From NCBI GenBank assembly GCA_049366795.1, contig JBMNCP010000053.1, forward strand, positions 9,675-73,674: 64,000 nucleotides of DNA, given 5' to 3'. Both the position numbers and the translations under genes were made by a program. Origin of the DNA: Desulfobacterales bacterium (GTDB lineage Bacteria; Desulfobacterota; Desulfobacteria; Desulfobacterales; UBA5852). Below, piece by piece: positions 1 through 9,973 of the stretch. How positions within the stretch are numbered: the first letter of the stretch is position 1; each line of letters begins with the position of its first letter. Under the pieces are notes generated by a model that saw only the letters and a list, made by a program, of their open reading frames with translations, did no database searches and was not told the DNA's origin.

Positions 1-243
1 TGAATATATAATATCAACATTTACATGGCCATTTTTTTGTAAGGTATATGCACCTCCCAATAGGTACATGGCCCCACACAACCAAATCGCAATGTCGTGC
101 ACAAATAAAAATGAATGATTAAATATATATCTTGATATAACTTCAGGAATTAACATTATTATTGCGGCAGCGATAAAAAATGCGCCGATTGTTGCTGCAA
201 ATAGGCTGATACGGTCAATTATTTCAAGTAAAGGATTTTGCAT
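1..243 (-). CDS. dctQ: TRAP transporter small permease (3' end cut by window edge)
   Basis: Not in the ORF track. Manual translation from ATG 243: MQNPLLEIIDRISLF...EVISRYIFN...LGGAYTLQKNGHVNVDIIYS, with DctQ motifs. AGGAG RBS; follows dctP. Confidence 0.88.
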   Translation of the reverse strand, partial: MQNPLLEIIDRISLFAATIGAFFIAAAIIMLIPEVISRYIFNHSFLFVHDIAIWLCGAMYLLGGAYTLQKNGHVNVDIIYS

Positions 244-382
244 AAACCTTCTCCTTTATAACTGGAAATACCATCACCCGAACTACAAAAATATTTTAAA
301 TGATATATTATTTTAAAAAAATGGTGCGAAACATAAAAAAATTACATCTTTTAAAGAGATTTTGCACTGCATTATTAAAACG

Positions 383-445
383 CTGCAGCCCTTCTCAAAA
401 TCCCACATGTTAAGAAATGTGTATCTACTTTGATCAGGGCTGCAG
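383..445 (-). other. Intergenic stem-loop between dctP and dctQ
   Basis: CTGCAGCCCT (383-392) pairs with AGGGCTGCAG (436-445); inner TCAAA/TTTGA and CACAT/ATGTG can also pair. Such hairpins are common after solute-binding-protein genes. Confidence 0.5.
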
Positions 446-486
446 TGCTAAACGTTTAAATAATTGACGAGTTATTAGGATGTAAC

Positions 487-1542
487 TTAGTCCAGGCTCC
501 AGTCCTCCGGGAGCCGTCCGTCTTTCTTTAGAAAATCAGTCTGAGATTTAATCACTTTATAGGCGAATTCACTTTTCTTCGCATGTTCTCTCCATAACGT
601 CTCAGCAATTACGCGCATTTTTTCTTGTTCTTCCTCTGGCAGCCATATAAATTTCATACCTTTTGCTTTTAACTCTTCCTTAGCTGTGAATTCCATTTTT
701 CGGGATTCATTCAGCAAACGTTCGCAAATTACTCGTGTAGCGCTGTGGAGAATTGCTTTAAGATTATCTGGAAGCTTTTCCCAAGCGGACTTGTTGACAT
801 AATAGGCCATGTTCGTATATGGTTGATGGGCTATAGGTTCTACTGCGTACTCTGTCACTTCTTGCACTCCCATATCCATCATCATGGAGGCTGGTGTGTG
901 CTCAGCCGCATCAATAACTCCTCTTTGCAATGCCTCATAAGTTTGGTCGCCCCCCAAAGCTACCACTGAAGCACCAAGATTCTGAAAAAATGAAAGGGCT
1001 ACGCCTGAGGATCTCATTTTAAGACCCTTAAAATCTTCTACCGTACGTATGGGCTTTTTTGAAAAAATAGGTTCCAGGTCTGAATATCCACCGTTGCCCA
1101 AGTAATAAATATTAACACTATCGTAATATTCTCTTGCCAATTCTACGCCGCCTTCTTCCCAAAACCAGTAATTGAAGTCGGTATAGTTCCATGGGCCAAA
1201 AGGAAGATATCCTAAATAGCCAACTCCCATATCCCGACCTGCCCAGTATCCATCATGCCACACCATCATCTCGAAAGTTCCCCTTGATAAAGCGTCGGCT
1301 TGATCGAGCGCATTTACTATCTCGCCAGGTCCAAAAACAGAAATAAGCATTTGGCCATTACTCATTTCTTTTACTAAATCAGCAAATTCAGGGCCATTGA
1401 TTCTGTAATAATAACTTCCTTTATCCCAAAAGCATGGCATCTTCCATCTGACTACCTCGGATTGGGCGAAAACAAAGGAAAAATTCACAAACACTAAAAC
1501 GAATAGAATACCTACTCCAATTAAATTATTTCGGCTTTTCAC
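487..1542 (-). CDS. dctP: TRAP transporter substrate-binding protein DctP
   Basis: Signal peptide; FSKKPIRTVEDFKGLKMR, YEALQRGVIDAAE and WEKLPDNLKAIL motifs; GTG start with AGGAG RBS. Confidence 0.93.
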   Translation of the reverse strand: MKSRNNLIGVGILFVLVFVNFSFVFAQSEVVRWKMPCFWDKGSYYYRINGPEFADLVKEMSNGQMLISVFGPGEIVNALDQADALSRGTFEMMVWHDGYWAGRDMGVGYLGYLPFGPWNYTDFNYWFWEEGGVELAREYYDSVNIYYLGNGGYSDLEPIFSKKPIRTVEDFKGLKMRSSGVALSFFQNLGASVVALGGDQTYEALQRGVIDAAEHTPASMMMDMGVQEVTEYAVEPIAHQPYTNMAYYVNKSAWEKLPDNLKAILHSATRVICERLLNESRKMEFTAKEELKAKGMKFIWLPEEEQEKMRVIAETLWREHAKKSEFAYKVIKSQTDFLKKDGRLPEDWSLD

Positions 1543-1671
1543 GGTAAACTCCTTTCTGTCAATGTCGTTTAAAGATTTTTAATCTTCCATTTAACACCAT
1601 GACCTTGCCAAAAATGTTTTCCGGTAGCGACGAGCCGAAGTGTTTTCAGCGCTGTTGCTAAAAAGCATCGC

Positions 1672-3378
1672 CTAATCTTGTTGATCGTAATCAAATACGG
1701 ATTCAATATCTTGATCTGTCACATCAAACACAGAGCAGATTCCTGGCATTTCTCTCTCTGTAAAGGCTTCCGACAACCGATGATGCGCCGCCGTTATTCC
1801 TGCGAGTTCATTGAACCGTATTTCATCATTCAGCATCTGGATACACATTCCATCCAGCCACTCCATGTTATGGTCCCATCCATAAAGTGCGTTCAGCGCA
1901 TCAAGTACCATTCGTTTGTTAGCGGCAACCCCTCCAATTGTAAAAAGACATAATCCTGTGGCATCAAATACCCCCAGCAGCTTTTGCAATTTTCTTGATA
2001 ATTGAGCTTTGCCTTCCGCTTTGGAATGGTCAACCGGTGCGCGCGCCGCTGGCCCGGCAGTGTGGTCGGCCCCCATTGCGGAAGTCGCATAAGTCACACC
2101 CATTCCCTTTATTGCTCTGGGATCATAGGCTGCCATGGCTTGTCCTTTAACGACAGGGATATTTTTCACTCCCAGTACCTTGCCTGTAATCATAGCACCA
2201 CTGCCGAGAAGACGCCCCACGATTGTACCGCGACGCACCTCATCTAAAACCTTCATGACCCCTTCAAAATCACCAAAACGCATCAGATTGGCTTCCATCA
2301 TCACTCCGATGGCCGCGCCTATCTCTATTGTATCGACGCCTATATTGTTACAGTGATAATTCAGTTTTGCTATATCATCTAACTTCCATATATCGAGGTT
2401 ACAACCAAGAAGCCCAATAGTTTCATATTCAAGGGGTGAAACTAAAGTGTATCCATTTTTGTCGACGAATACATTGGAGCAACGAACTAAACAGCCCGGC
2501 ATGCATGCATGATCGGTACGCCCCTCTCCCCCTCTTTCGACAATCATTTCGCGCATTGCATCGCCGCCAATATTTTTTGCTTTGTCATCCTTGCCGCGGC
2601 TGAAGTTGCAGATCGGTAATCCATTTAACTCATTTATATACTCCACCATAGCCGCTGTACCGTAATCTCTATAAGCAGCTGTTAGAGGAGCACTTATAAT
2701 AGCGTTATTGAGTTCTCTACTTATTTTTATAAATTCATCCTTCCGGGCAGGAATGATTTTGCCTCTCCCTTTTACCACAACGGCTTTCAGCCCTTTGCAA
2801 CCCATCACTGCTCCCAATCCGCCTCGCCCACTAAATCGACTGGGAACACCATCGCTATCAATGGTGGCTATACCGGCCGAAGCCAGCTGAAGTTCACCAG
2901 CCGGGCCAATGCAGGTCACCGCTGATTGAGAATAGTTTTCAAGCAAATTCTTAGCTGTCTCATAAACACCCAAACCGGCGTGCTCATCGGCGGGAAGTAA
3001 CGATGCCTTTTCAGGCTCAACAAGAAGTATTTTCGCGCTGTCATCCTTTGGTAGCCCCTCCACGATAATTGCGCGAATCCCGATCCTTGCCATCCTCATA
3101 GCCGTTATACCGCCGGCATTGGACTCTTTGATTCCACCCGTTAAAGGGCTCTTAGCGCCGATTGACAACCGTCCACAACTCGACACCGAAGTGCCGGATA
3201 GCAGCCCACAGGCAAAAATCAATTTATTATGGGGACCTAGCGGCTCGCACGTTGGTTTTACTTCATCCAAGAGGATGCGCGCTGTCAATGCCCGCCCTCC
3301 AAGTGTACCATAATCTTTTGGAACGGGTTCTTTTCGAATAGAACCATCCGAAACATTCACTCGGAGAATACTGTTCAT
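1672..3378 (-). CDS. Aldehyde:ferredoxin oxidoreductase family protein (W/Mo-pterin)
   Basis: KSPLTGGIKESNAGG, GRGGLGAVMG, CMPGCLVRC, EYET and DATGLC motifs. Confidence 0.92.
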   Translation of the reverse strand: MNSILRVNVSDGSIRKEPVPKDYGTLGGRALTARILLDEVKPTCEPLGPHNKLIFACGLLSGTSVSSCGRLSIGAKSPLTGGIKESNAGGITAMRMARIGIRAIIVEGLPKDDSAKILLVEPEKASLLPADEHAGLGVYETAKNLLENYSQSAVTCIGPAGELQLASAGIATIDSDGVPSRFSGRGGLGAVMGCKGLKAVVVKGRGKIIPARKDEFIKISRELNNAIISAPLTAAYRDYGTAAMVEYINELNGLPICNFSRGKDDKAKNIGGDAMREMIVERGGEGRTDHACMPGCLVRCSNVFVDKNGYTLVSPLEYETIGLLGCNLDIWKLDDIAKLNYHCNNIGVDTIEIGAAIGVMMEANLMRFGDFEGVMKVLDEVRRGTIVGRLLGSGAMITGKVLGVKNIPVVKGQAMAAYDPRAIKGMGVTYATSAMGADHTAGPAARAPVDHSKAEGKAQLSRKLQKLLGVFDATGLCLFTIGGVAANKRMVLDALNALYGWDHNMEWLDGMCIQMLNDEIRFNELAGITAAHHRLSEAFTEREMPGICSVFDVTDQDIESVFDYDQQD

Positions 3379-3417
3379 GACAATCCCTTTTATTAACTAT
3401 CGTTATTCGCGTTTGTA

Positions 3418-4503
3418 TTATGGAATAATGACCCCTCTGATGACAGTTCTTGCTTCTGCCTTTTTAAGAGCATCGTCTACTTCTTCGAGTCGAAATTCTG
3501 TGGCTGACATTTTGGCATAGTCAATTTTTTTATGGGTTCGCTCAAGAAAGGCAAGAGCTTTTTTGAGATACCAAGGTTGATAACGAACAACGCCAATAAC
3601 TTGGATACATTTTCGCGTAATCAATCCTGGGGCAATGGTAATCTCATATTTCTCTCCGAGGCTGACATTTCCTATTGAGATAACCCTTCCAGCCCCCCTC
3701 ACCATTGCAAGGGCCTCTGAGAATGCCCGGGGTACCCCCGCCACCTCAAGAACCACATCGGCACCTGCATCTCGAGTAAGATTATTTACTTCTAAAACTA
3801 TTTCTTCTGAAGAGCGTCCAGAAACATCGACCAAGTGGTCTGCACCAAAATCACCCGCCATTTTCAATCTCTCTGCGATAGCATCAACAACGATTACAGT
3901 CGCTCCTTTTTCTTTAGCTACCGCCGTTGCATAAAGTCCGAGGCCTCCAGCGCCCTGGACCACTATCGTTTCACCACTGATAAGTCCTGCTTTTTCAATT
4001 CCGTAAATAACCTGCGATAACGCACAATTGGCACCTGCAACGATTTCACTTGGCAGAAAATCAGGAACTTTGTAAAAATACTGATCAGGTTGTATATAAT
4101 AGTGAGTAGCAAAGGTGCCGGTAAAATGAGGAAATTTATCAGGAGGCTGCGACCATGCGCGGTAGGCATTTTGGCAGAGATTAAAATCTCCGCGCGCACA
4201 AGCGGCACACTTCCGGCATGTGACATAGTACGGGGCTACAATTCGGTCACCGGTACGAACCTGCTGTCCGTCGTAATCGGACTCTACTCCTTCCCCCAGT
4301 TCATAAACTTCACCGACCATCTCATGACCCAGAACCGCATTTTTTATGATCGGATGTGCCCAGTTCCAGATGTGAAGTTCAGAGCCGCATAAGTTTGATC
4401 GCAATATTTTGGTGAGGACTGCACCCTTTTCCGGTTTTGGAAGTTCAAATTCCTGAATTTCGACTTCTCGTGGACCAATTAGCGCCGCTACCTTTCCCTT
4501 CAT
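3418..4503 (-). CDS. Zinc-dependent medium-chain alcohol dehydrogenase
   Basis: CGSELH, GHE, structural Zn site CRKCAAC-x7-C, GAGGLG nucleotide-binding loop. Confidence 0.92.
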   Translation of the reverse strand: MKGKVAALIGPREVEIQEFELPKPEKGAVLTKILRSNLCGSELHIWNWAHPIIKNAVLGHEMVGEVYELGEGVESDYDGQQVRTGDRIVAPYYVTCRKCAACARGDFNLCQNAYRAWSQPPDKFPHFTGTFATHYYIQPDQYFYKVPDFLPSEIVAGANCALSQVIYGIEKAGLISGETIVVQGAGGLGLYATAVAKEKGATVIVVDAIAERLKMAGDFGADHLVDVSGRSSEEIVLEVNNLTRDAGADVVLEVAGVPRAFSEALAMVRGAGRVISIGNVSLGEKYEITIAPGLITRKCIQVIGVVRYQPWYLKKALAFLERTHKKIDYAKMSATEFRLEEVDDALKKAEARTVIRGVIIP

Positions 4504-4653
4504 AACAAACCTCCTTTGAGTTTTAGTTATTGCTAATATTTCAGAACCATTTTTATGATAGCCGATCCGCTTATTTGCTGTTATTCGTTGAACTTTAAAA
4601 ATAACGTTCTGCTGAATCTGTAAGCAAATCCTTCGTACTTGACCTTATCCAGC

Positions 4654-5361
4654 CTAAATTTGACCTGCTTTAGCCAAGGCAATAAAATGCGCTACATCTA
4701 TTTCTTTGGGACAAACGAACGAGCAGGCCTGGGAGGAATGACAGCGGTAAACGCCTTCCTCGCTGTACAGGCACCGAAATCGCTCTTCCTTTTCCTGCTC
4801 CCTCGGGTCCATCACCCGTACGATCGCAGCCAGCATGGCGTTGGGGCCCAGAAAGTTCTCGTGGCCGGAAATACAGGCCGAGGTGCAGCAGAAGCAATTG
4901 ATGCACCGTGTCGCCGTTACGTAGCGTTCCAACGCTTTGGGATCGATCAGGTGTTCCTCGCCGCCGGCCGGCGGCGGCATCGGGCTGATGATATAGGGCT
5001 TGATTTTGTCGAGCCGCCGGTAGGCCTTTTCCGTGTCGATCACCAGGTCCCGGACGACGGGCGCCACGTCGAGGGGCTCGACGTTGAAAACGGTCGTGCC
5101 GAATCGGGCCACGGCGTTTTCCACGAGGAGCTCGCACGCCAGCAGCGGCTTGCCGTTGATCTTCATGGAACAGGTGCCGCACTGCCCATGTTCGCAGGAG
5201 GACCCCCAGGCCAGGGTCGGGTCCTGCTCGTCGTTGATTTTCCGCAGCACATCGACAAACCGCATGATGCGCCCGGCTTTCACCTGATAGGTCTGCACCC
5301 AGGATTTTTTCTGATCCGGATCGTGGCGATGAATCTTCAGCGTGAGGTCATATGTCGTCAT
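4654..5361 (-). CDS. sdhB: Succinate dehydrogenase/fumarate reductase iron-sulfur subunit
   Basis: SCEHGQCGTC...LAC ([2Fe-2S]), CINCFCCTSAC and CHSSQACSFVCP. Start reset to MTTYD (ATG 5361). Confidence 0.9.
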   Translation of the reverse strand: MTTYDLTLKIHRHDPDQKKSWVQTYQVKAGRIMRFVDVLRKINDEQDPTLAWGSSCEHGQCGTCSMKINGKPLLACELLVENAVARFGTTVFNVEPLDVAPVVRDLVIDTEKAYRRLDKIKPYIISPMPPPAGGEEHLIDPKALERYVTATRCINCFCCTSACISGHENFLGPNAMLAAIVRVMDPREQEKEERFRCLYSEEGVYRCHSSQACSFVCPKEIDVAHFIALAKAGQI

Positions 5362-5417
5362 CGTTTTACCTGCCGTTTTTCCTGTCATGGAGGAGCACGC
5401 TCGAAGCGCAACCTGTT

Positions 5418-7214
5418 TCAATATTTTCGTTCGATGATGCCGAACTTCTCGTGGTTCTCCCCCCGGGCGTGGAAGATGCTCATGTCCACCTCCCGTCGGC
5501 CGAGTTCCACTTTTCCGAATTCCGGCATGGTGACCAGGGTGTGATGGTTGAACGCATCGCTGCGCTCCGGGAAGTCATCCCGGAAATGGGCACCCCGCGA
5601 TTCCTTTCGATGCAGGGCGGCCTCGCAGATCGCCATGGATACGGCCAGCAGGTTGTCGAGTTCCCAACGCTGAACGAGCTCCTGATTCATGACCAGGGTC
5701 TTCCCGCCGAGTCTGGTTTTTTCGGCCCGCTCCTTGAGCTCCCGCAGGGTTTCGATAGCTTCGGCCATTCCCGACTCGGTGCGAAACACGCTGACCTTGT
5801 CGGTCATGACCGTCCGAAGGGCTTCCCGTATCCGCCCGATGTTGTCCTGCCCTTCGGCGGCGAAATAGCCCGCGAATTTCTCCCTGAAGCGATCGGCCGA
5901 TACAGTGGGCCTCGCGGAGGACTCCCGGTCAAGCCGTTCCAGCACCCGATCCCCGATGTGCCTTCCCATGGTGATGAGCTCCAGAATCGAATTGGTGCCC
6001 AGGCGGTTGAAACCGTGAAAGCTGGCCGCGGCGCACTCGCCCACCGCATAGAGCCCTTGGATCACTTCCTGGGCGGCGTCCTGGACTTCGCCGTACACGT
6101 TGGTCGGGATGCCGCCCATGTGGTAGTGGTTGCTCGGCCGGACCGGGCAGAGCTGGGTGCGCGGATCCAGGTTGACGTAGTGTTTGAAGAAACTCACCAC
6201 TTCCGGGATCTGCCGCTCGTGCACCTCGGCCGGCAGGTGCCTGAGATCGATCCAGACATGCTGGATGTTGTGATCCGGGTTCAGAATGCCCCTGCCCTCG
6301 CGGATTTCGGTCTCGATGGCGCGTGCGACCATGTCCCTCGGCGCGAGTTCCTTCATCTTGGGGGCGTACCTGGCCATGAACGGTTCCTCGTCCTTGTTCC
6401 GAAGAATGCCGCCGACCGATCGCAGGGTCTCGCTGGCCAGGATGCCGGGGCCGACGATGCCGGTCGGATGGAACTGAACCGCCTCCGGGTCCATGACCGG
6501 AAGGCCGGCTTCCATCACGAGGGCCAGGCCGTCGCCGGTGTTCTGCCGGCAGTTGGTCGTGACCTTGAAAACCTGTCCGCTGCCGCCCGAGGCGAATACG
6601 GTCGCTTTGGCCAGGATCCGCACGAAGGAGCCGTTTTTCTGCTGAAACACGATGCAGCCCGAACACTGCCGGTCCTCGATGAGCAGTTCGACGGCCATGC
6701 ACTGATGGATAAAGTGGATGCCGCGTTTCAGGCACTCTCCCCAGCCGGTGTCCATGATGCCCTTTCCGGTCCGGTCGGCCTCGAACACCGCGCGGAAGGC
6801 CGAAGCCTCGCCGAAGTTGCGCGTGTGGCCACCGAATGTCCGCTTGCTCAGGCGCCCCTGCGGGTCCCGCGAAAAATGCATGCCGCGGTTTTCCAGCCAG
6901 AGAATCTGTTCCCAGGCCGACTCGCATATTTTCCTGACCACGTTCTGATCGGCCGTGCAGTCGGATCCCTTCCACGTGTCGAACATGTGAAAGACGGTGG
7001 CGTCATTGGGATCCCTGGGGTCGACGGCCGCAAGCCCCCCCTGGGCGGTGGAGGTATGGGATTTCTGCGGGTGGGACACCTTGGTCAGGGCAATGATTTT
7101 CGTTTCGGGTCTGCGCTCCAGGATTTCCGCGGCGCAGCGCAGCCCCGCGCCGCCGGCGCCGATGATCAGCACATCGCAGTTGATGGTGGCGCGTATCTTG
7201 ATATCGGAATTCAT
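5418..7214 (-). CDS. sdhA: Succinate dehydrogenase/fumarate reductase flavoprotein
   Basis: GAGGAG, SHTSTAQGG (covalent-FAD His), QFHPTG, ELAPRD, HYHMGG, NRLGTNS, ESRGAH. Start reset to ATG 7214. Confidence 0.93.
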   Translation of the reverse strand: MNSDIKIRATINCDVLIIGAGGAGLRCAAEILERRPETKIIALTKVSHPQKSHTSTAQGGLAAVDPRDPNDATVFHMFDTWKGSDCTADQNVVRKICESAWEQILWLENRGMHFSRDPQGRLSKRTFGGHTRNFGEASAFRAVFEADRTGKGIMDTGWGECLKRGIHFIHQCMAVELLIEDRQCSGCIVFQQKNGSFVRILAKATVFASGGSGQVFKVTTNCRQNTGDGLALVMEAGLPVMDPEAVQFHPTGIVGPGILASETLRSVGGILRNKDEEPFMARYAPKMKELAPRDMVARAIETEIREGRGILNPDHNIQHVWIDLRHLPAEVHERQIPEVVSFFKHYVNLDPRTQLCPVRPSNHYHMGGIPTNVYGEVQDAAQEVIQGLYAVGECAAASFHGFNRLGTNSILELITMGRHIGDRVLERLDRESSARPTVSADRFREKFAGYFAAEGQDNIGRIREALRTVMTDKVSVFRTESGMAEAIETLRELKERAEKTRLGGKTLVMNQELVQRWELDNLLAVSMAICEAALHRKESRGAHFRDDFPERSDAFNHHTLVTMPEFGKVELGRREVDMSIFHARGENHEKFGIIERKY

Positions 7215-7225
7215 GAGGGCTCCTT

Positions 7226-8047
7226 TTATATCCGCACGATCAGCGTCAGGCCCGTCCAGGCGAATGCCAGCGCGAGGATGACCAGAACGGCCAGCATGAC
7301 GGCCCTGAGCCTCGGGGACGCGATGTAATCCTGCCCGATCGCGTAGAGACCGTAGCTTCCGTGGTAGATCACGCCGGCCACGAGGGCCAGGTCGACCAGC
7401 TTGATGAAGAGATTTCCCATGCGCGCGATGATGACCTGTGAATCGTGCCCCACCGCCGGGTTGAGGTGCATGAAGAGCATGTGGGCGGGCACCATCAGGA
7501 AAAGAAACGCACCGCTGATGCGTTGAAGCTTCCAGAATGCCGAGGCGCCGGACACGCGGAGCTTCCGGACTGTAATGAAGACCAGGCAGGCGGAAGCGGC
7601 CGCCGTGTAAACCCAGAAAAAGGGGGCTGAAACGCTCTGGTTTCCCGCCATCATGAAAACCGCGAGCAGGAAGGTGTAAAACGCGCCCAAGGCGATCACC
7701 CACTTGAGCACCAACGCGTCCCGGCGGGTTTCGAACACCTCGTAGAGAATCAATCTCCCCCCGTTCAAGGCATGGTAGATGACGGGAACGACGAGGAGGA
7801 ATTCGAGGAGCACGAAGAGCGCAAACCCGAATAACCTCATTTTGGCGTCGAACCGGACGGGCTCGAGCAGGGAGGACAGCGTCACGATGTGAAAGCCGAT
7901 GTACAGGACCAGCAGCACACCCGTGATCCGGTGCGCCCAGGAGGCCAGGTAGGGCCATCCGCGAATTTTCGCCAGGTTTTCAAAAAAGCCGACCAGCGGC
8001 TGAACCTTTTGGCTCACTCTTTTGACCGCGGAAACCGTACTTGCCAT
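7226..8047 (-). CDS. sdhC: Succinate dehydrogenase membrane anchor, SdhC-like and SdhD-like halves fused
   Basis: WAHRITG...YHALNGGRLIL (SdhC-like), then WKLQRISG...YHGSYG...QDYI (SdhD-like); about six hydrophobic helices; ATG 8047 with AGGAGG RBS. Confidence 0.82.
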   Translation of the reverse strand: MASTVSAVKRVSQKVQPLVGFFENLAKIRGWPYLASWAHRITGVLLVLYIGFHIVTLSSLLEPVRFDAKMRLFGFALFVLLEFLLVVPVIYHALNGGRLILYEVFETRRDALVLKWVIALGAFYTFLLAVFMMAGNQSVSAPFFWVYTAAASACLVFITVRKLRVSGASAFWKLQRISGAFLFLMVPAHMLFMHLNPAVGHDSQVIIARMGNLFIKLVDLALVAGVIYHGSYGLYAIGQDYIASPRLRAVMLAVLVILALAFAWTGLTLIVRI

Positions 8048-8096
8048 CTGCTTCCTCCTGAACCAAGGGATATGGGACGATCGGAGGCTTCGCGCC

Positions 8097-8795
8097 TCAG
8101 GAGTTCTTTCGTTCGAATTCGTCCAGGTAAGAGAGGAACCGGTCCAGGGCAACGTTGATATGCCAGGCCACCTTTCGTCCGACGGCCTCGGGGTCCGGAG
8201 GCGACGCCCTGAACAGATCCAGGATCTCCTGGTGAACCCTGTAGGATTTTTCCAGATCCTCCTGGTAGTACTGGTAGGAAAATCGATGCCACAGGGCCTG
8301 CATCCTGAGATTTTTCAAAAGCCCGTAGAGCAATTCGTTTTCGGCGAGGTCGATGAAGGTCTCGTGAAACCGCAGGTGGTTCGCATAGTAGCCCTTGGTG
8401 TCGCCTCTCTTGACGGCATCCCTCATTTTCTCGAGAGACCCGGCCATGTCGTCCAGCGCTGCCGCGTTCATGTTGGCGGCCGCCAGCCGCGCCGCCAGGC
8501 CCTCCAACTCCGCCCGAACCGGAAAGTGCTCCTCGATGTCCTTGCGGGTGATCCGTTTGACATAGGTGCCCTTGCGCGGAACGATGACGACCAGCCCCTG
8601 TTTTTCGAGTTCCCGGAATGCCTCCCGCAGCGGCGATCGGCTGACACCGAAATGGGACTGGAGCTCCAGTTCGACCAGCTGGTCGCCGCCCTTGAACTCG
8701 CCTTCGAGAATCGCCTCGGCCAGGACCCGGGCCACCTGATCGCCCAGACCCGAGGGTTTGATTTCACTGATATTTCTTCGAGCCAACATGAACAC
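8097..8795 (-). CDS. GntR family transcriptional regulator (FCD domain)
   Basis: FGVSRSPLREAFRELEKQGLV winged HTH; C-terminal NLRFHE...HQEIL...HI motif. Confidence 0.92.
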   Translation of the reverse strand: MFMLARRNISEIKPSGLGDQVARVLAEAILEGEFKGGDQLVELELQSHFGVSRSPLREAFRELEKQGLVVIVPRKGTYVKRITRKDIEEHFPVRAELEGLAARLAAANMNAAALDDMAGSLEKMRDAVKRGDTKGYYANHLRFHETFIDLAENELLYGLLKNLRMQALWHRFSYQYYQEDLEKSYRVHQEILDLFRASPPDPEAVGRKVAWHINVALDRFLSYLDEFERKNS

Positions 8796-8838
8796 CCTTC
8801 CCTGAATGAAACACGAGGTCCGACCGGAAAGTCTTCAG

Positions 8839-9054
8839 TCACTCATAGAGCTTTTCGATCGTGATGGCACCGCTCCGGCAAGCTTGAAGGCAAAGCCCGC
8901 AAAAGGTGCATTCGTCCTCGTTTTCTTCGACGACGCAGGGTTTGCCGTCCTTCATTTTGAAGATGCCCACCGGGCAGACGCCCACCCAGGCTTCCACCTC
9001 GTCCGGATTCGTGCATTTTTGCTGGTCTATCAGAACCCTTACAAATTCACCCAT
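8839..9054 (-). CDS. Small 4Fe-4S ferredoxin with first cluster motif degenerate
   Basis: MGEFVRVLIDQQKCTNPDEVEAWVGVCP...ECTFCGLCLQAC; start reset to ATG 9054 after GAGG. Confidence 0.8.
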   Translation of the reverse strand: MGEFVRVLIDQQKCTNPDEVEAWVGVCPVGIFKMKDGKPCVVEENEDECTFCGLCLQACRSGAITIEKLYE

Positions 9055-9064
9055 CTCTGCCTCG

Positions 9065-9973
9065 CTATTGCTGATCGGTTGTCGCCTTGCGGGCGATTTT
9101 TTCCGCAAGCGCCAGTACGCTCCTGGACCGCGCGACCACAGGGTAGTCGACGAATTTCCCTTCCACCTGTATGGCCGCATGCCCCTTGGCCTCGGCGGCT
9201 TCGAAGGCTTCCACCACTTTGGCGGCAAATGCGATTTCCTTCTCCGACGGTGCAAACGTCCGGTTGCAGAAGTCGACCTGATCGGGATGGATGCACAGCT
9301 TCCCGCCGAAACCGAGACGCTTGCCTCGAAGCACATCGGCTTCGAATGCTTCCCGGTCCTTCAGATCGATCATGTAGGGGGTGTCCAGCGGCGGTGAGAT
9401 GCCCGCCGCACGGCAGGCAATCGCGATCCTGGCCCGCGGGAAAGCCAACTCCTCGCCCGATTTCGTCATTGCGATCCCCAGGTCCAGGCTGAAATCCGCC
9501 GCTCCGAAAGCGATCGTGTGGAGGCGTCGCGGCCGAATTTTCGCGGCAGCAATTGCAAAGGCGTTCTCGATTCCCAGCGCCGTTTCGACCAGCGCCACCA
9601 GACCCAAGGCCCCCTGCTCGATACCCGATGCATCCTCGGCCGCCGAAAGGAGTCCGGCCACGCGGACGATGTCCTCGGCCGTCTGCACCTTGGGCAGCAT
9701 GACCGCGTGCAGCCCCGGCCCGGCGATTCCGGCGAGATCGCCCTCGGTCAGGCCTGTTTCCAGGGCATTGACACGCACCATCATTCGGCGGTTCCCGTGC
9801 TGCACCAGCTTTTCGCGAACGACCGGAAGCACCGTCCTCTTTTCGGCGATCGGCACGGCGTCCTCGAGATCGATAATCACGATGTCGGCCGGCGTGGCCG
9901 CGGCCTTGTCGATCCGATCAGGCCGGTTGCCCGGTACGAAAAGGGCGGATCTCAACAAGTCGATGGTTTCCAT
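9065..9973 (-). CDS. CitE/HpcH-family acyl-CoA lyase (citryl/malyl/citramalyl-CoA lyase-like)
   Basis: RSALFVPG, DLEDAV, VRVN, LPK, VETALG, FGAADF, GKLCIHPDQV, GKFVDYP motifs. Confidence 0.9.
   Translation of the reverse strand: METIDLLRSALFVPGNRPDRIDKAAATPADIVIIDLEDAVPIAEKRTVLPVVREKLVQHGNRRMMVRVNALETGLTEGDLAGIAGPGLHAVMLPKVQTAEDIVRVAGLLSAAEDASGIEQGALGLVALVETALGIENAFAIAAAKIRPRRLHTIAFGAADFSLDLGIAMTKSGEELAFPRARIAIACRAAGISPPLDTPYMIDLKDREAFEADVLRGKRLGFGGKLCIHPDQVDFCNRTFAPSEKEIAFAAKVVEAFEAAEAKGHAAIQVEGKFVDYPVVARSRSVLALAEKIARKATTDQQ

Noticed and set aside
7215-7958. N-terminal extension of the 846-aa sdhA ORF
   Set aside because: Overlaps the membrane-anchor gene in another frame; family similarity starts at ATG 7214.
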